A stretch of 61,002 bases of DNA, counting the filler. It is 4 parts of 4 records of this genome, joined end to end, with 100 filler letters (N's around TTAATTAATTAA, not from the genome) between each part and the next. Parts side by side here need not be neighbours in the genome. Positions count along the whole stretch, not along the records: positions 1 to 10,050 come from SRR2962707_2225; 3 more parts are not named here. The stretch is one strand, 5' to 3'. The notes beneath the pieces are model-generated. The model did not search any database, was not told the origin of the DNA, and was given only the letters and a program-made list of their open reading frames with translations. Position numbers and translations under genes: made by a program. Shown here piece after piece: positions 1 to 8,956 of the stretch (its first letter is position 1; every line of letters starts with the position of its first letter).

Positions 1-600
1 CAGCGTGTCGAGCCGGTCCTGATAGGTCCGTGTACTGATGACATTCGGATAATATTCTTCCGACGTATCCACATTGTGGTTGTAATAGTCGAGGCCGGTC
101 TGCGCGAGGCGGTGAACCTGCTGGCCGGAAAGCATGCCGAGCGTCATGCAGGTTTCCATGCCCATTTCCTTCACGCCCTCGATCATGGCGCAGACCATGT
201 CCATGTCGCGGTCCTTCGGCTCGCGCCAGGCCGCGCCCATGCAGTAGCGCGTCGCGCCCGCTTCCTTGGCCTTGCGGGCTTCGGCGAGCACCTTCTCGAC
301 TTCCATCAGCTTGGAAGCCTTGAGGCCGGTCTCGAACTTCGCGCTCTGCGCGCAGTAGCCGCAATCTTCCGGGCAGCCGCCGGTCTTGATCGACAGCAGC
401 GTCGACATCTGCACTTCGTTCGCCTTGAACCAGCGCCGGTGGACGAGCTGCGCCTCGAACAGGAGATCGTTGAAGGGCAGGTCGAAAAGCGCCTGCAGCT
501 CTTCCCGCGTCCAGTCGTGGCGGAGGGTGTCCGGGTCGGTGCGCCGGGTAACTCCCGGCTGCGCGGTCTGGGACGTTTCGATAAGGGTCTGGATGCTCAT
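1..600 (-). CDS. bioB: Biotin synthase (radical SAM), N-terminal 200 codons; runs off the window start
   Basis: Not in the ORF track. Manual translation from ATG at 600 gives [10 protein letters not shown]...[25 protein letters not shown]...[20 protein letters not shown] (CxxxCxxC) ...YNHNVDTS...[10 protein letters not shown]. Confidence 0.96.
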   Translation of the reverse strand, partial: MSIQTLIETSQTAQPGVTRRTDPDTLRHDWTREELQALFDLPFNDLLFEAQLVHRRWFKANEVQMSTLLSIKTGGCPEDCGYCAQSAKFETGLKASKLMEVEKVLAEARKAKEAGATRYCMGAAWREPKDRDMDMVCAMIEGVKEMGMETCMTLGMLSGQQVHRLAQTGLDYYNHNVDTSEEYYPNVISTRTYQDRLDTL

Positions 601-704
601 GGGCCGCGATTCTCTTGCGATAACGACAGAAAGACTACAATTCCGGCAGCATAGGCGGCCTGAGCCCCAATGCAACAATTCGGACGGGCGGTGGCCCCGG
701 TGAG

Positions 705-1370
705 CTAGTCGTCGCCCCAGCGGCGCAGAAGGGAGCCCTGAATCTTCAAAAGCCGGTCGATCAGCGCCCGGTTTCCGGCTTCCTCCGCCTGACGCAGCGC
801 CAGCGCCACGTCGAACAGCGTCTCGCGCTCCTCCGTGCCCCTGACAAGGCTCCTGACCCAGCCCACGGCGGCGCGCCGCTCGCCGCTCGTCACCTCCGCC
901 ACCCGGTGCAGCGTCGTCGAGGGATAAAGCACCAGCGATCCCGCGGGCAGCTTCACGAAGCGTTCCCCCGCCGGTTCCTCGACAATGAGTTCGCCCCCTT
1001 CATATGTCTCGGGTTCCGCAAGAAAGAGCGTGAAGGAGAGGTCGACCCGCTTGCCCTCCATGAAGGCATCGTCCGAATGGGTGCCGTATTCCATGCCGGG
1101 CGAATAGCGCGACAGCAGGACCCTTATGAAATCGCGGGGTCGCGCAGCCGTCCGGAAAACCTCGTTCTTCGCGAGCCGCTTCTCGACCAGCGCGGTGAAA
1201 TCGGCCGCAAGCCCCGTCCGCTTCGCCTGTTCGTTCTTCTTCACGGATTTCGCGATCCGTCCCGCCGTGCGCGCGCCGTCCTCGAAACCGTCCTTCTGCT
1301 TGAAGACCGTTTCCGCGAGGCGAAGCTCGGCGGCGCTCAGAACATCGGCAATCTGGATGAACAACGTCAC
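705..1370 (-). CDS. PKHD-type Fe(II)/2-oxoglutarate dioxygenase (PiuC/YbiX family); start uncertain (1388, 1370 or 1364)
   Basis: DGARTAG...VKKNEQ N-terminus, YGTHSD (HxD), [42 protein letters not shown]-terminal LLRRW. Confidence 0.9.
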   Translation of the reverse strand: MTLFIQIADVLSAAELRLAETVFKQKDGFEDGARTAGRIAKSVKKNEQAKRTGLAADFTALVEKRLAKNEVFRTAARPRDFIRVLLSRYSPGMEYGTHSDDAFMEGKRVDLSFTLFLAEPETYEGGELIVEEPAGERFVKLPAGSLVLYPSTTLHRVAEVTSGERRAAVGWVRSLVRGTEERETLFDVALALRQAEEAGNRALIDRLLKIQGSLLRRWGDD

Positions 1371-1381
1371 AAACCCGTGAT

Positions 1382-1400
1382 AATGCAAAGCGTTTGCAAA
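1382..1400. promoter_or_regulatory. Candidate Fur/Mur-family operator between the divergent dioxygenase and secreted protein
   Basis: AATGCAAAGCGTTTGCAAA, perfect TGCAAA-N3-TTTGCA dyad, an AT-rich patch in GC-rich DNA; resembles alphaproteobacterial Fur/Mur boxes. Confidence 0.6.
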
Positions 1401-1473
1401 CTAATCCGCCTCGCGGTAAAGGTCGAGACCAGTATCGGCACAAGTATCGCTGCAAAACCTGAAGGACGCCCCC

Positions 1474-2355
1474 ATGAAATACCGGACCAAACTCTGGACC
1501 AGCATCAGCGCCGCCGCCCTCATCGCGGCTTCTGGCGCCGTCGCAGGCATCGCCGCGCCTTCCGCTGGCGAAGGCGGCGCGCATGGCGACGCTGCGAAGG
1601 GTAATGCGGCGTCCGGCTCCTTTCTCATGGCTGCCGCCGGAGAAGGTGAAGGCGAGGGCGAGGGAGAAGGCGGCGAAGGCGGCGAGGGCGGCGAGGGCGG
1701 TGTCGATCCGGCCGCCGCCGCGAAGGACCCCGCCGTTTATCTCTCGGCCCTCGACGTGATCCGCGCCCATTACCTCGCGGGCGAAGCGATGCTGGACATA
1801 GAAGACGGCCGCAAGGCGGGCGGTGAAATGTTCGCCCACCCGATTTCCGAAGTTTACATCGACCTCGAACCCGTCTTCGAGGCGCAGGGCGCCGCTCCTT
1901 TCCTGGACGAGATGACGGAAGCCGTCGATCTCGCGCTGGGCGATGCGCCGGTCGACGAAGTGAAAGCCGCCGTCGCGAAAGTCTATGCCGCGCTCGATGC
2001 GGCCGCCGAAAAGGCCCCCGCCAGCGACAAGAGCGAAGCCGCCATCGAGGCCGCCCTCATGGCCGACATGTTCGACCGCGCCGCGAAGCAGTACGACGCC
2101 GCGCTCGCGACAGGCGGCACGGAGGAAGCCTGGATCGACGGCTACGGCTTCTGGAAGACCGCCGAAATGCGCGCCGACGCGCTCGTCCCCATGCTCGGCG
2201 GCGAACACGCCTCCCTCGCCGAGGAAATCGCCGCCGCGAAGGAGCTCTTCGCCAACGCCTACCAGAGCCCGGTGAAGCCCGAAACGGCGGCAGTCGAGCC
2301 CGGCACACTGTTCGCCGCAAGCTCCCGCATCTCCTTGAAAACAAGCAGCTTCTAG
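1474..2355 (+). CDS. Secreted/periplasmic acidic protein with (GE)n(GGE)n tract and helical domain containing an HPxxE motif; function unknown, possibly metal binding
   Basis: 293 aa. Signal-peptide-like N-terminus (MKYRTKLW..AAALIAA), GEGEGEGEGEGGEGGEGGEGG at 1639-1701, RAH and FAHPISEVY motifs. Confidence 0.75.
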   Translation: MKYRTKLWTSISAAALIAASGAVAGIAAPSAGEGGAHGDAAKGNAASGSFLMAAAGEGEGEGEGEGGEGGEGGEGGVDPAAAAKDPAVYLSALDVIRAHYLAGEAMLDIEDGRKAGGEMFAHPISEVYIDLEPVFEAQGAAPFLDEMTEAVDLALGDAPVDEVKAAVAKVYAALDAAAEKAPASDKSEAAIEAALMADMFDRAAKQYDAALATGGTEEAWIDGYGFWKTAEMRADALVPMLGGEHASLAEEIAAAKELFANAYQSPVKPETAAVEPGTLFAASSRISLKTSSF

Positions 2356-2426
2356 GGCCGGATAGCAAAAGGGCTTGCGTAGGAAGACCCGCGCGGCCCA
2401 TACCTCCTCGCCGGGAGGAGCAAGTG

Positions 2427-3611
2427 ATGGCGAAAACCCCGAAAGAGACCCTCGACGATTTCGCGCGGGGCAAGCTCGACGCCCTTGAGGCGCAGGCATT
2501 GCGCCGCCGCCTCGTGGAGACCGACCGCCGCGAGGGCGCGATCGCCCTCCGCGATGGCCGCCGCCTCGTCTCCTTCTGCTGCAACGACTACCTGAACCTC
2601 TCGCAGAACGAGACGGTGAAGCGCGCCGCCATCGAGGCCACGGAAAAATACGGCGTCGGCTCCGGCGCCTCGCGCCTCGTCTCCGGCAATCATCCGCTGT
2701 TCCGCGAACTGGAATTGCGCCTCGCGAAATGGAAACAGGCGGAAGACTGCGTCGTCTTCGGCTCGGGCTACATGGCGAACATGGGGCTAGTCCCCGCCCT
2801 CGTGCGCGAAGGCGATCTCATCCTCGCCGACGAACTCTCCCACGCCTGCCTCCTGTCGGGCTCAAAACTCTCCGGCGCGCGCGTCGAAATCTTCCGCCAC
2901 AACGATCTCGCCCACCTCGAAAGCCTCATCGCCGCGCACCGCAATGCCGCGCAGCATTGCCTGATCCTCACCGACGGCATCTTCAGCATGGATGGCGACG
3001 CCGCCCCCGTCGAAGCGCTCGCCGAAATCGCGCAGCGCCACGACGCCTGGCTGATGACCGACGATGCGCACGGGCTCGGCGTCGTCGGCGATGAAGGCCG
3101 CGGCTCCAGCTTCATGGGCAAAACCAAAGCCGCGGTGCCCCTGCAAATGGGCACGCTCTCGAAAGCCGTCGGCGCTTATGGCGGTTATCTCTGCGCGAGC
3201 CGCGCCGTCTGCGATCTGATCCGCACCCGCGCCCGCACGCTCATCTATTCGACGGGCTTGCCCCCCGCGACCGCCGCCGCCGCCATCGCCGCGCTCGATT
3301 TCATCGCCGCGAACCCGGACTACTGCAAACGCCCGCTGGAAAAGGCGCGTGCCTTCACCCGCGCGCTCGGCCTTCCCGATCCCGAAAGTTCCATCGTGCC
3401 GTTGATCCTCGGCGATGCGGAGGTAACGCTCGCCGCCTCCGCGCTCCTCGAAGCCGAAGGCTACCTCGTCACCGGCATCCGCCCGCCGACAGTGCCCGCC
3501 GGCACGGCGCGCCTGCGCTTCACCTTCACGGCGGAACATGACGACGCGGACATCGCGCGCCTCGCTTCGCTCGTCCGCGACCGCATCCTGCCGCGCCGCG
3601 CCGCCGAGTAA
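2427..3611 (+). CDS. bioF: 8-amino-7-oxononanoate synthase
   Basis: SFCCNDYLNL, GSGASRLVSG, GYMAN, DELSHACL, FRHND, DGIFSMDGD, DDAHGLG, GTLSKA (PLP lysine), IRPPTVP; GGAGG RBS upstream. Confidence 0.95.
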   Translation: MAKTPKETLDDFARGKLDALEAQALRRRLVETDRREGAIALRDGRRLVSFCCNDYLNLSQNETVKRAAIEATEKYGVGSGASRLVSGNHPLFRELELRLAKWKQAEDCVVFGSGYMANMGLVPALVREGDLILADELSHACLLSGSKLSGARVEIFRHNDLAHLESLIAAHRNAAQHCLILTDGIFSMDGDAAPVEALAEIAQRHDAWLMTDDAHGLGVVGDEGRGSSFMGKTKAAVPLQMGTLSKAVGAYGGYLCASRAVCDLIRTRARTLIYSTGLPPATAAAAIAALDFIAANPDYCKRPLEKARAFTRALGLPDPESSIVPLILGDAEVTLAASALLEAEGYLVTGIRPPTVPAGTARLRFTFTAEHDDADIARLASLVRDRILPRRAAE

Positions 3612-3626
3612 GTCAAAAGAGCAATC

Positions 3627-4274
3627 ATGCCGCCCATCTTCGTCACTTCTTCCGGCACAGAGATCGGCAAGACCTATGTCTCCGCCATGCTGACGCGCGA
3701 ATTGAAGGCGCGTGTCATCAAACCGCTGGTCAGCGGCATCGACGAGCAAACCTTCCCCGAAAGCGACCCCGCGCATCTGCTCGCCGCCATGGGCGAGCCC
3801 GTCACGTTTGAAAATGCGGCCCTCGTCTCGCGCTGGCGTTTCCGTGCCGCGCTCTCGCCCGACATGGCCGCAAGGCGCGAGGGCCGCGCAATCGATTTCG
3901 GCGAACTCGTCGGGGAATGCGTCGCCGCCGCCGCGCAGCACGATCCGCTGGTCATCGAAGGCGTCGGCGGCCTCATGGTCCCGCTCGACGCGCGGCACAC
4001 CGTGCTCGACTGGATGAAGGCCCTCGATGCGAAGACAGGCCTCGCGCCGCTTCTCGTCGTCGGCGCCTATCTCGGCACGATCAGCCACACGCTGACAACG
4101 CTCGCCGTCATGCGCGCCGAAGGGCTCGTGCCCCGCGCCATTGTGGTGAGCGAGGCCGCGCCCGGCCCTGTGCCGGTTGAGGAAACGGCGGAGACGATTG
4201 CGCGCTTTGCGGGGAGCGTCCCCGTCCGCGCGTTGCCGCGCGGCGGGACGCTTCCTCTCGCCGGTTTCTTCTGA
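3627..4274 (+). CDS. bioD: Dethiobiotin synthetase
   Basis: FVTSSGTEIGKT P-loop, KPLVSG, LSPDMAA, VIEGVGGLMVP, YLGTISHTL; directly after bioF. Confidence 0.93.
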   Translation: MPPIFVTSSGTEIGKTYVSAMLTRELKARVIKPLVSGIDEQTFPESDPAHLLAAMGEPVTFENAALVSRWRFRAALSPDMAARREGRAIDFGELVGECVAAAAQHDPLVIEGVGGLMVPLDARHTVLDWMKALDAKTGLAPLLVVGAYLGTISHTLTTLAVMRAEGLVPRAIVVSEAAPGPVPVEETAETIARFAGSVPVRALPRGGTLPLAGFF

Positions 4275-4277
4275 GCC

Positions 4278-4568
4278 TCAGGCTCCCGGCAGCTTGTCGC
4301 GAATCTGGCCGAGCCTCTCGTTCATCGACAGGAAGGTCAGGTACATCTCGCAGATCACGCGCCAGAAAAGCGCGGCGAGTACGCCGCCGAGCAACGCCAC
4401 CACGAATTGCAGCAGGCCGAGCGCGCCGTTCCAGCTCATCGTATTGATCGAGCCGGAAAGCGATGCCAGCACGAACAGAACGATGATGACGAGGCCGAGC
4501 CAGTAGAGAATCTTGATGATGCTTCCCGAGATCATCTTCTCGAAGTTCAGAAAATTCTTGAAGCTCAT
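4278..4568 (-). CDS. Small membrane protein (DUF4282-like)
   Basis: MSFKNFLNFEKMISGSIIKILYWLGL...WRVICEMYLTFLSMNERL; two hydrophobic segments. Confidence 0.75.
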   Translation of the reverse strand: MSFKNFLNFEKMISGSIIKILYWLGLVIIVLFVLASLSGSINTMSWNGALGLLQFVVALLGGVLAALFWRVICEMYLTFLSMNERLGQIRDKLPGA

Positions 4569-4593
4569 GGGAGGTCCTCTCACAAAAGAGTCG

Positions 4594-4618
4594 CCCGCCC
4601 GCATCTTGTGCGGGCGGG
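4594..4618. terminator. GC hairpin between the two small membrane-protein genes
   Basis: CCCGCCCGCA-tcttg-TGCGGGCGGG, 10-bp stem; weak U tract. Confidence 0.4.
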
Positions 4619-4649
4619 TTGAAACGTATACGGACGAAAAAGAAAAACG

Positions 4650-4826
4650 TTATTTCGGTCCGAACAAGAACCAGAGAATAAGGCCGAGAACCGGCAGCAG
4701 AACAACAACGACGATCCAGATCGCCTTCCAGAGCGGTTCCGCGCCGCTTTGCACGATACGGATGATCGCATAAATATCCAGTATCAGGATGATGATACCG
4801 AGAATGCCGCCATAGCCGTCAATCAT
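4650..4826 (-). CDS. Small membrane protein, PLDc_N (phospholipase D/nuclease N-terminal) domain only
   Basis: 58 aa MIDGYGGILGIIILILDIYAII...KAIWIVVVVLLPVLGLILWFLFGPK with the KxxW...LPxLG signature; GGAGG RBS upstream. It is the tail of the 334-aa track ORF. Confidence 0.85.
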   Translation of the reverse strand: MIDGYGGILGIIILILDIYAIIRIVQSGAEPLWKAIWIVVVVLLPVLGLILWFLFGPK

Positions 4827-4975
4827 TCGGGTCCTCCAGATCAATCGCTCCCCCGGCACGCACCGTAGCGCGATTTGCGGTGTGAGGTAAGTTCCGAATA
4901 CGGCCGATTCCGTGGAAAATTGTGATCGAACCAAAGTGGCGCTGATGCGTTCAGTACGTTGCTGCGGGACTCCGT

Positions 4976-5491
4976 TCAAACGAAGCTCGGCGTCGCGATC
5001 CCCTCGAATTCGAGCAGCCACTTCTTTGTCGGCAGCCCACCGCCGAAGCCGGTCAGCGAACCGTCCGCGCCGATCACGCGGTGGCAAGGCACGATGACGG
5101 GGATGGGGTTCTTGCCATTGGCAAGCCCGACCGCGCGCATGCCCTTCGGATTGCCGATCTCCTTTGCGATCTGGGCATAGCTCCGCGTCTCGCCGAAGGG
5201 GATGCGGTAAAGCGCGCTCCAGACGCTCTTCTGGAAGTCGGTGCCCCGCGCGGCAAGCGTCAGGCCCGAAAAATCTTTCTGTTTGCCCGCGAAGTAGCGG
5301 TCCAGCGCCTTCTCTGCCTTGGCGAGATGCGCGCGGGCGCGCGTCGTGCCGTCCCGCTTCGGGAAAGCCACGTCCTCCTGGTTCGGAAACAGCACCATGG
5401 CGAGCCCCGCATCGGATGCCGCAAGGCGCAGCCGCCCGATGGGCGTGTCGAGCGTCGCGGTGGCGAGCGTGTCGTCGTCGGGAAGTTTCAT
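4976..5491 (-). CDS. ogt: Methylated-DNA--protein-cysteine methyltransferase
   Basis: GTDFQKSVW, IPFGETRSY, RAVGLANGKNP, VPCHRVIG active site, KKWLLEFE. Confidence 0.95.
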   Translation of the reverse strand: MKLPDDDTLATATLDTPIGRLRLAASDAGLAMVLFPNQEDVAFPKRDGTTRARAHLAKAEKALDRYFAGKQKDFSGLTLAARGTDFQKSVWSALYRIPFGETRSYAQIAKEIGNPKGMRAVGLANGKNPIPVIVPCHRVIGADGSLTGFGGGLPTKKWLLEFEGIATPSFV

Positions 5492-5502
5492 GTCTCTCTC
5501 CT

Positions 5503-6978
5503 TCAGGTGGTCCAGAGCGCCAGCGCCGCATAACCGCGCCAGGGCCGCCAGCGCTCCGAAAGGGCTTCGAGGGCGGCGGCGGAAACAGGCTCTCCGTCGC
5601 CCGCCGCCTTGCGCAGCCCGAGGTCGGAAGAGGGAAAGGCGTCCGGCTCGCCAAGCGCGCGCAGGCAGATGTAATGCGCCGTCCAGTCGCCGATGCCGGG
5701 CAGCGCCGTCAGTTCGGCGATCTTCGCATCGAGGTTTTCGCGCGGCGTGAAGTCGAGCTTGGCCGTTGCGACCGCGCCCGCGAGCGATGTCAGCGTCGCG
5801 ATGCGCCCGCCCGTAAGGCCGAGCCCGGAGAGGTCCGCGCGGGCAAGCCGCGTGGCCGTCGGAAAGAAATGCGTGACGCCCTCCGCGCCCGCCGCCACGG
5901 GCTCGCCGAACTTCGCGACGATGCGCCCGGCAATCGTCGTCGCGCCTTTCACGGAAATCTGCTGCCCGAGAACGGCGCGCACCGCGAGTTCGAACCCGTC
6001 GAAAGCACCCGGCACACGCAGCCCCGGCGCGCGCTTCAGGCGCGGGCCGATCAGCGGATCGCGCGCGAAGGCGGCGGCGATGGCGCCGGGCTCCGCGTCG
6101 AGGTCGAAGAGCCGCCTGAGCCGCGCCGCAATGGCGCGCACCGGAAACGCGGTTGCGGTGGCATCAAGCATCGTCACTTGCGCTTCGAGCGCGTGGCCGG
6201 TCGCGGCGTGCCGCACGGTCAGAACGCCCTTCGCGCCGCCGAGGTTGAAGCTGCGCGCATAAACCCCCGCGCCGATATGTTCCACGCCCGGCAGCGCGCG
6301 CGACGACAGATAGTCGAGAATGCGCTCGAAATCGAAAGGCGGGCGATAGCCGAGCCGGATGCGGATCGCGCTCCCGGCCTGCCGCTCCGATGCGCGGCGG
6401 ATTTCTGTCGGCGCGACGCCATAGGCGGTGCGGATCGCATCGTTGAAGCGGCGCAGGCTCTGGTATCCCGCGGCGAAGGCAACGTCGGCAAGCGGCATCC
6501 GCGTATCGCTGATGAGTTGCTTCGCGGTGAGGAGCCGCCGGTTCGCGGCGACGGCCTGCGGCCCCGCGCCGACATGCGCAAGGAAAAGACGGCGGAGCTG
6601 CCGCTCGCCGATGCCGAGCCGCGCCGCCAGGTCTTCGAGCCGCCCTTCGTCGAGCGCGCCTTCCTCGATGAGCCTGAGCGCGCGCGAAACCGTCGCCGCC
6701 GTGCCCGCCCATGCAGGCGTGCCCGGCGCCGTCTCCGGCCGGCAGCGCAGGCAGGAGCGAAAGCCCGCCGCCTCCGCCGCCGCTGCGGAAACCGCGAAAC
6801 TGCAATGCTGCCGCTTCGGCACGCGCGCTGGACAGACAGGCCGGCAATAGATTCCCGTCGTCGACACGCAGACGAAAAAGCGCCCGTCGAACCGTGCATC
6901 CTTCGCCTCGATGGCGCGGTAGCACTGATCCGGGTCGAGCGGCGTGGCGGCAATGATGGGCGTGGACATCTCGTTCAT
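5503..6978 (-). CDS. Ada metal-binding/AraC regulator fused to AlkA 3-methyladenine DNA glycosylase
   Basis: DARFDGRFF..V.TTGIYCRPVCPA, GFRSCLRCRP, AraC HTH, RAVLGQQIS, LPGIGDWTAHY HhH, DAFPSSDLGL, WRPWRGYA. Confidence 0.93.
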   Translation of the reverse strand: MNEMSTPIIAATPLDPDQCYRAIEAKDARFDGRFFVCVSTTGIYCRPVCPARVPKRQHCSFAVSAAAAEAAGFRSCLRCRPETAPGTPAWAGTAATVSRALRLIEEGALDEGRLEDLAARLGIGERQLRRLFLAHVGAGPQAVAANRRLLTAKQLISDTRMPLADVAFAAGYQSLRRFNDAIRTAYGVAPTEIRRASERQAGSAIRIRLGYRPPFDFERILDYLSSRALPGVEHIGAGVYARSFNLGGAKGVLTVRHAATGHALEAQVTMLDATATAFPVRAIAARLRRLFDLDAEPGAIAAAFARDPLIGPRLKRAPGLRVPGAFDGFELAVRAVLGQQISVKGATTIAGRIVAKFGEPVAAGAEGVTHFFPTATRLARADLSGLGLTGGRIATLTSLAGAVATAKLDFTPRENLDAKIAELTALPGIGDWTAHYICLRALGEPDAFPSSDLGLRKAAGDGEPVSAAALEALSERWRPWRGYAALALWTT

Positions 6979-7074
6979 GGGGAGCAGTGTAGAACGCGAC
7001 ACGCCACCCCGCTCGCCAAAATCGGACATGACCATTCCTGACGCTACCGTCACGATTTATCTGCATCTTCAATT

Positions 7075-7183
7075 CGTCATTGCGAGGAGCGGCGAAGCCG
7101 CGACGCGGCAATCCAGGGGCGGCGTGCTCAAGCTTGTGTAGCCCTGGATTGCCACGCCTCGCTGCGCGAGGCTCGCAATGACG
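7075..7183. repeat. Palindromic intergenic element (REP/RPE-like)
   Basis: Nested inverted arms CGTCATTGCGAG...CTCGCAATGACG and GGCAATCCAGGG...CCCTGGATTGCC, with internal hairpins GCGGC-GAA-GCCGC and CCTCGC-t-gc-GCGAGG. Confidence 0.8.
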
Positions 7184-7368
7184 GTGCTGGTCTCCCCCCA
7201 GAGCGCCATCTCGCCTGCCAACATGAATGTGATGCGCCTACCCGATTGCGCAGCTTGAGTTCCCCGCCGCCGCTGCTACGCTTCGCGCAACAAGAAATTG
7301 CGGAACGCAATCGAAATGCGGCCCCGGTGGGAGGGACCGGCCGGGGTAAGATATTCGGGGAGGATGGA

Positions 7369-8703
7369 ATGACAGACAGGGCTGGCGCCGTTCCGGGCGC
7401 CGAGGGCGGCGCTGCGCCGTCGCTGGGCTTCACGCCCGCCTATCGCAACTACGCGCTCTTTGTCTTGATGACCGCCTATACGGCGAACTACGTGGACCGG
7501 CAGATCCTTGCGATCCTGCTGCAGCCCATCAAGGAAGAGCTGCTGCTGAGCGATACACAGCTCGGCTTCCTCTCCGGCATCACCTTCGCGATCTTCTACG
7601 CGACGCTCGGCGTTCCCATCGCCATGTGGGCCGACCGCACCAACCGGCGAAACATCGTCGCGCTCGCGCTCACGATCTTTTCGAGTATGACGGTCGTCTG
7701 CGGTTTCGTGACGAACTTCGCGCAACTCGCGCTCGCGCGTATCGGCGTCGGCATCGGCGAAGCGGGATCGAGCCCGCCATCGCACTCGATGATCTCCGAC
7801 ATGTTCCCGCCCGAGAAGCGTGCAAGCGCCATGGGCATCTATTCGCTCGGCATCAATATCGGCATCCTGATCGGCTTCCTCGTCGGCGGCTGGGTCAGCC
7901 AGTGGTACGGCTGGCGCGCGGCCTTCTTCATCGTCGGCGCGCCGGGCCTGCTGATCGCGCTGCTCGTCCGCTTCACGTTGAAGGAGCCGGAGCGCGGCCA
8001 TGCCGACGGCATCTCCTCGCAGGCTAGCGCCGCCGCGCCGAAAGTCATGGAGGTGTGGAAGCTGCTCTGGTCGCAGAAGTCCTTCCGGCATATCGCGTTC
8101 GGCTGCGCGCTTGCGGCCTTCGGCGGCTATGCGGGCGTGACCTGGATTCCCGCTTTCCTCATCCGCTCCTTCCAGATGACGGCGGGCGAAATCGGCACCT
8201 GGCTTGCCCTCATCATCGGCTTCGTCGGCGGTGCAGGCACCTATCTCACAAGCTGGCTCGCCGACTATTTCGGCAAGCGCGATGTTCGCTGGAACCTGTG
8301 GGTGGTCGCAATCGTCATGGCGGTCTGCTTCCCCTTCGCGGTCGGCATGTATCTGTCGATGGACAAATACTGGGCGCTCGCCTTCTTCCTCGTGCCGGCC
8401 TTTGCGGGCGCGGCCTATATCGGGCCAAGCCTCGCCATGACGCAGGGCCTCGTCACGCTGCGCATGCGCGCCGTCGCCTCCGCGGTCCTCTTCCTGATCC
8501 TCAACATGATCGGCATGGGGTTGGGTCCGCAGGCCGTCGGCCTCATCAGCGATCTTTATTATCCGACCTATGGCGACGAGTCGCTGCGCTATGCGCTGCT
8601 CACCGCCATGATCGTCTGGCCCTGGGCCGGTATCCACTTCGTCCTCGGCGCCAAGACGCTGCAGGAAGACCTCGCGCGCGCGAAGGCGCACAGCCTGAAG
8701 TAA
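7369..8703 (+). CDS. MFS transporter (spinster-like)
   Basis: NYVDRQIL..LLQPIKEEL.LSDTQLG, ADRTNRRNI, ARIGVGIGEAG, YGWRAAFFIVGAPG; about 12 hydrophobic segments; GGGGAGG RBS. Confidence 0.9.
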   Translation: MTDRAGAVPGAEGGAAPSLGFTPAYRNYALFVLMTAYTANYVDRQILAILLQPIKEELLLSDTQLGFLSGITFAIFYATLGVPIAMWADRTNRRNIVALALTIFSSMTVVCGFVTNFAQLALARIGVGIGEAGSSPPSHSMISDMFPPEKRASAMGIYSLGINIGILIGFLVGGWVSQWYGWRAAFFIVGAPGLLIALLVRFTLKEPERGHADGISSQASAAAPKVMEVWKLLWSQKSFRHIAFGCALAAFGGYAGVTWIPAFLIRSFQMTAGEIGTWLALIIGFVGGAGTYLTSWLADYFGKRDVRWNLWVVAIVMAVCFPFAVGMYLSMDKYWALAFFLVPAFAGAAYIGPSLAMTQGLVTLRMRAVASAVLFLILNMIGMGLGPQAVGLISDLYYPTYGDESLRYALLTAMIVWPWAGIHFVLGAKTLQEDLARAKAHSLK

Positions 8704-8706
8704 CGC

Positions 8707-8744
8707 CGTCCCGGTGGCGAGCGCACCCGCTCGCCGCCGGGACG
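8707..8744 (+). terminator. Long GC hairpin directly after the MFS stop
   Basis: CGTCCCGGTGGCGAGCG-cacc-CGCTCGCCGCCGGGACG (17-bp stem with one G-U/mismatch). Confidence 0.55.
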
Positions 8745-8781
8745 ATGCCTTCCTCGGGCCTTACCTTCGCCAAACATTCAG

Positions 8782-8857
8782 TGTCATCCCGGGATCCATT
8801 GGCGTTTCCGCTCGCGGTGAGGTGGATTGGGCCCCGGCAACAAGTGCCGGGGTGACA
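8782..8857. repeat. REP-like element remnant
   Basis: Ends TGTCATCCCGG...CCGGGGTGACA and hairpin CCCCGGCA-acaag-TGCCGGGG. Confidence 0.6.
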
Positions 8858-8956
8858 TCTGATGGTTGATGCCTTGCCTGCGACACTGCTCCCAACGTCA
8901 CCCCCTCGAACACCCGCTCCCTTTGTGGAAACATGAACACGCAAAGGAGCCCGCCG

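Noticed and set aside
76-654. 192-aa + strand ORF
   Set aside because: Antisense shadow of bioB, which is clear on the minus strand.
601-704. BirA/BioR operator upstream of bioB
   Set aside because: No TTATxxATAA or BirA-type dyad visible.
705-1370. Dioxygenase as a pimelate-supplying biotin enzyme or an AlkB partner of ada/ogt
   Set aside because: Motifs are PiuC/YbiX-type and the adjacent box points to metal regulation; only proximity supports the alternatives.
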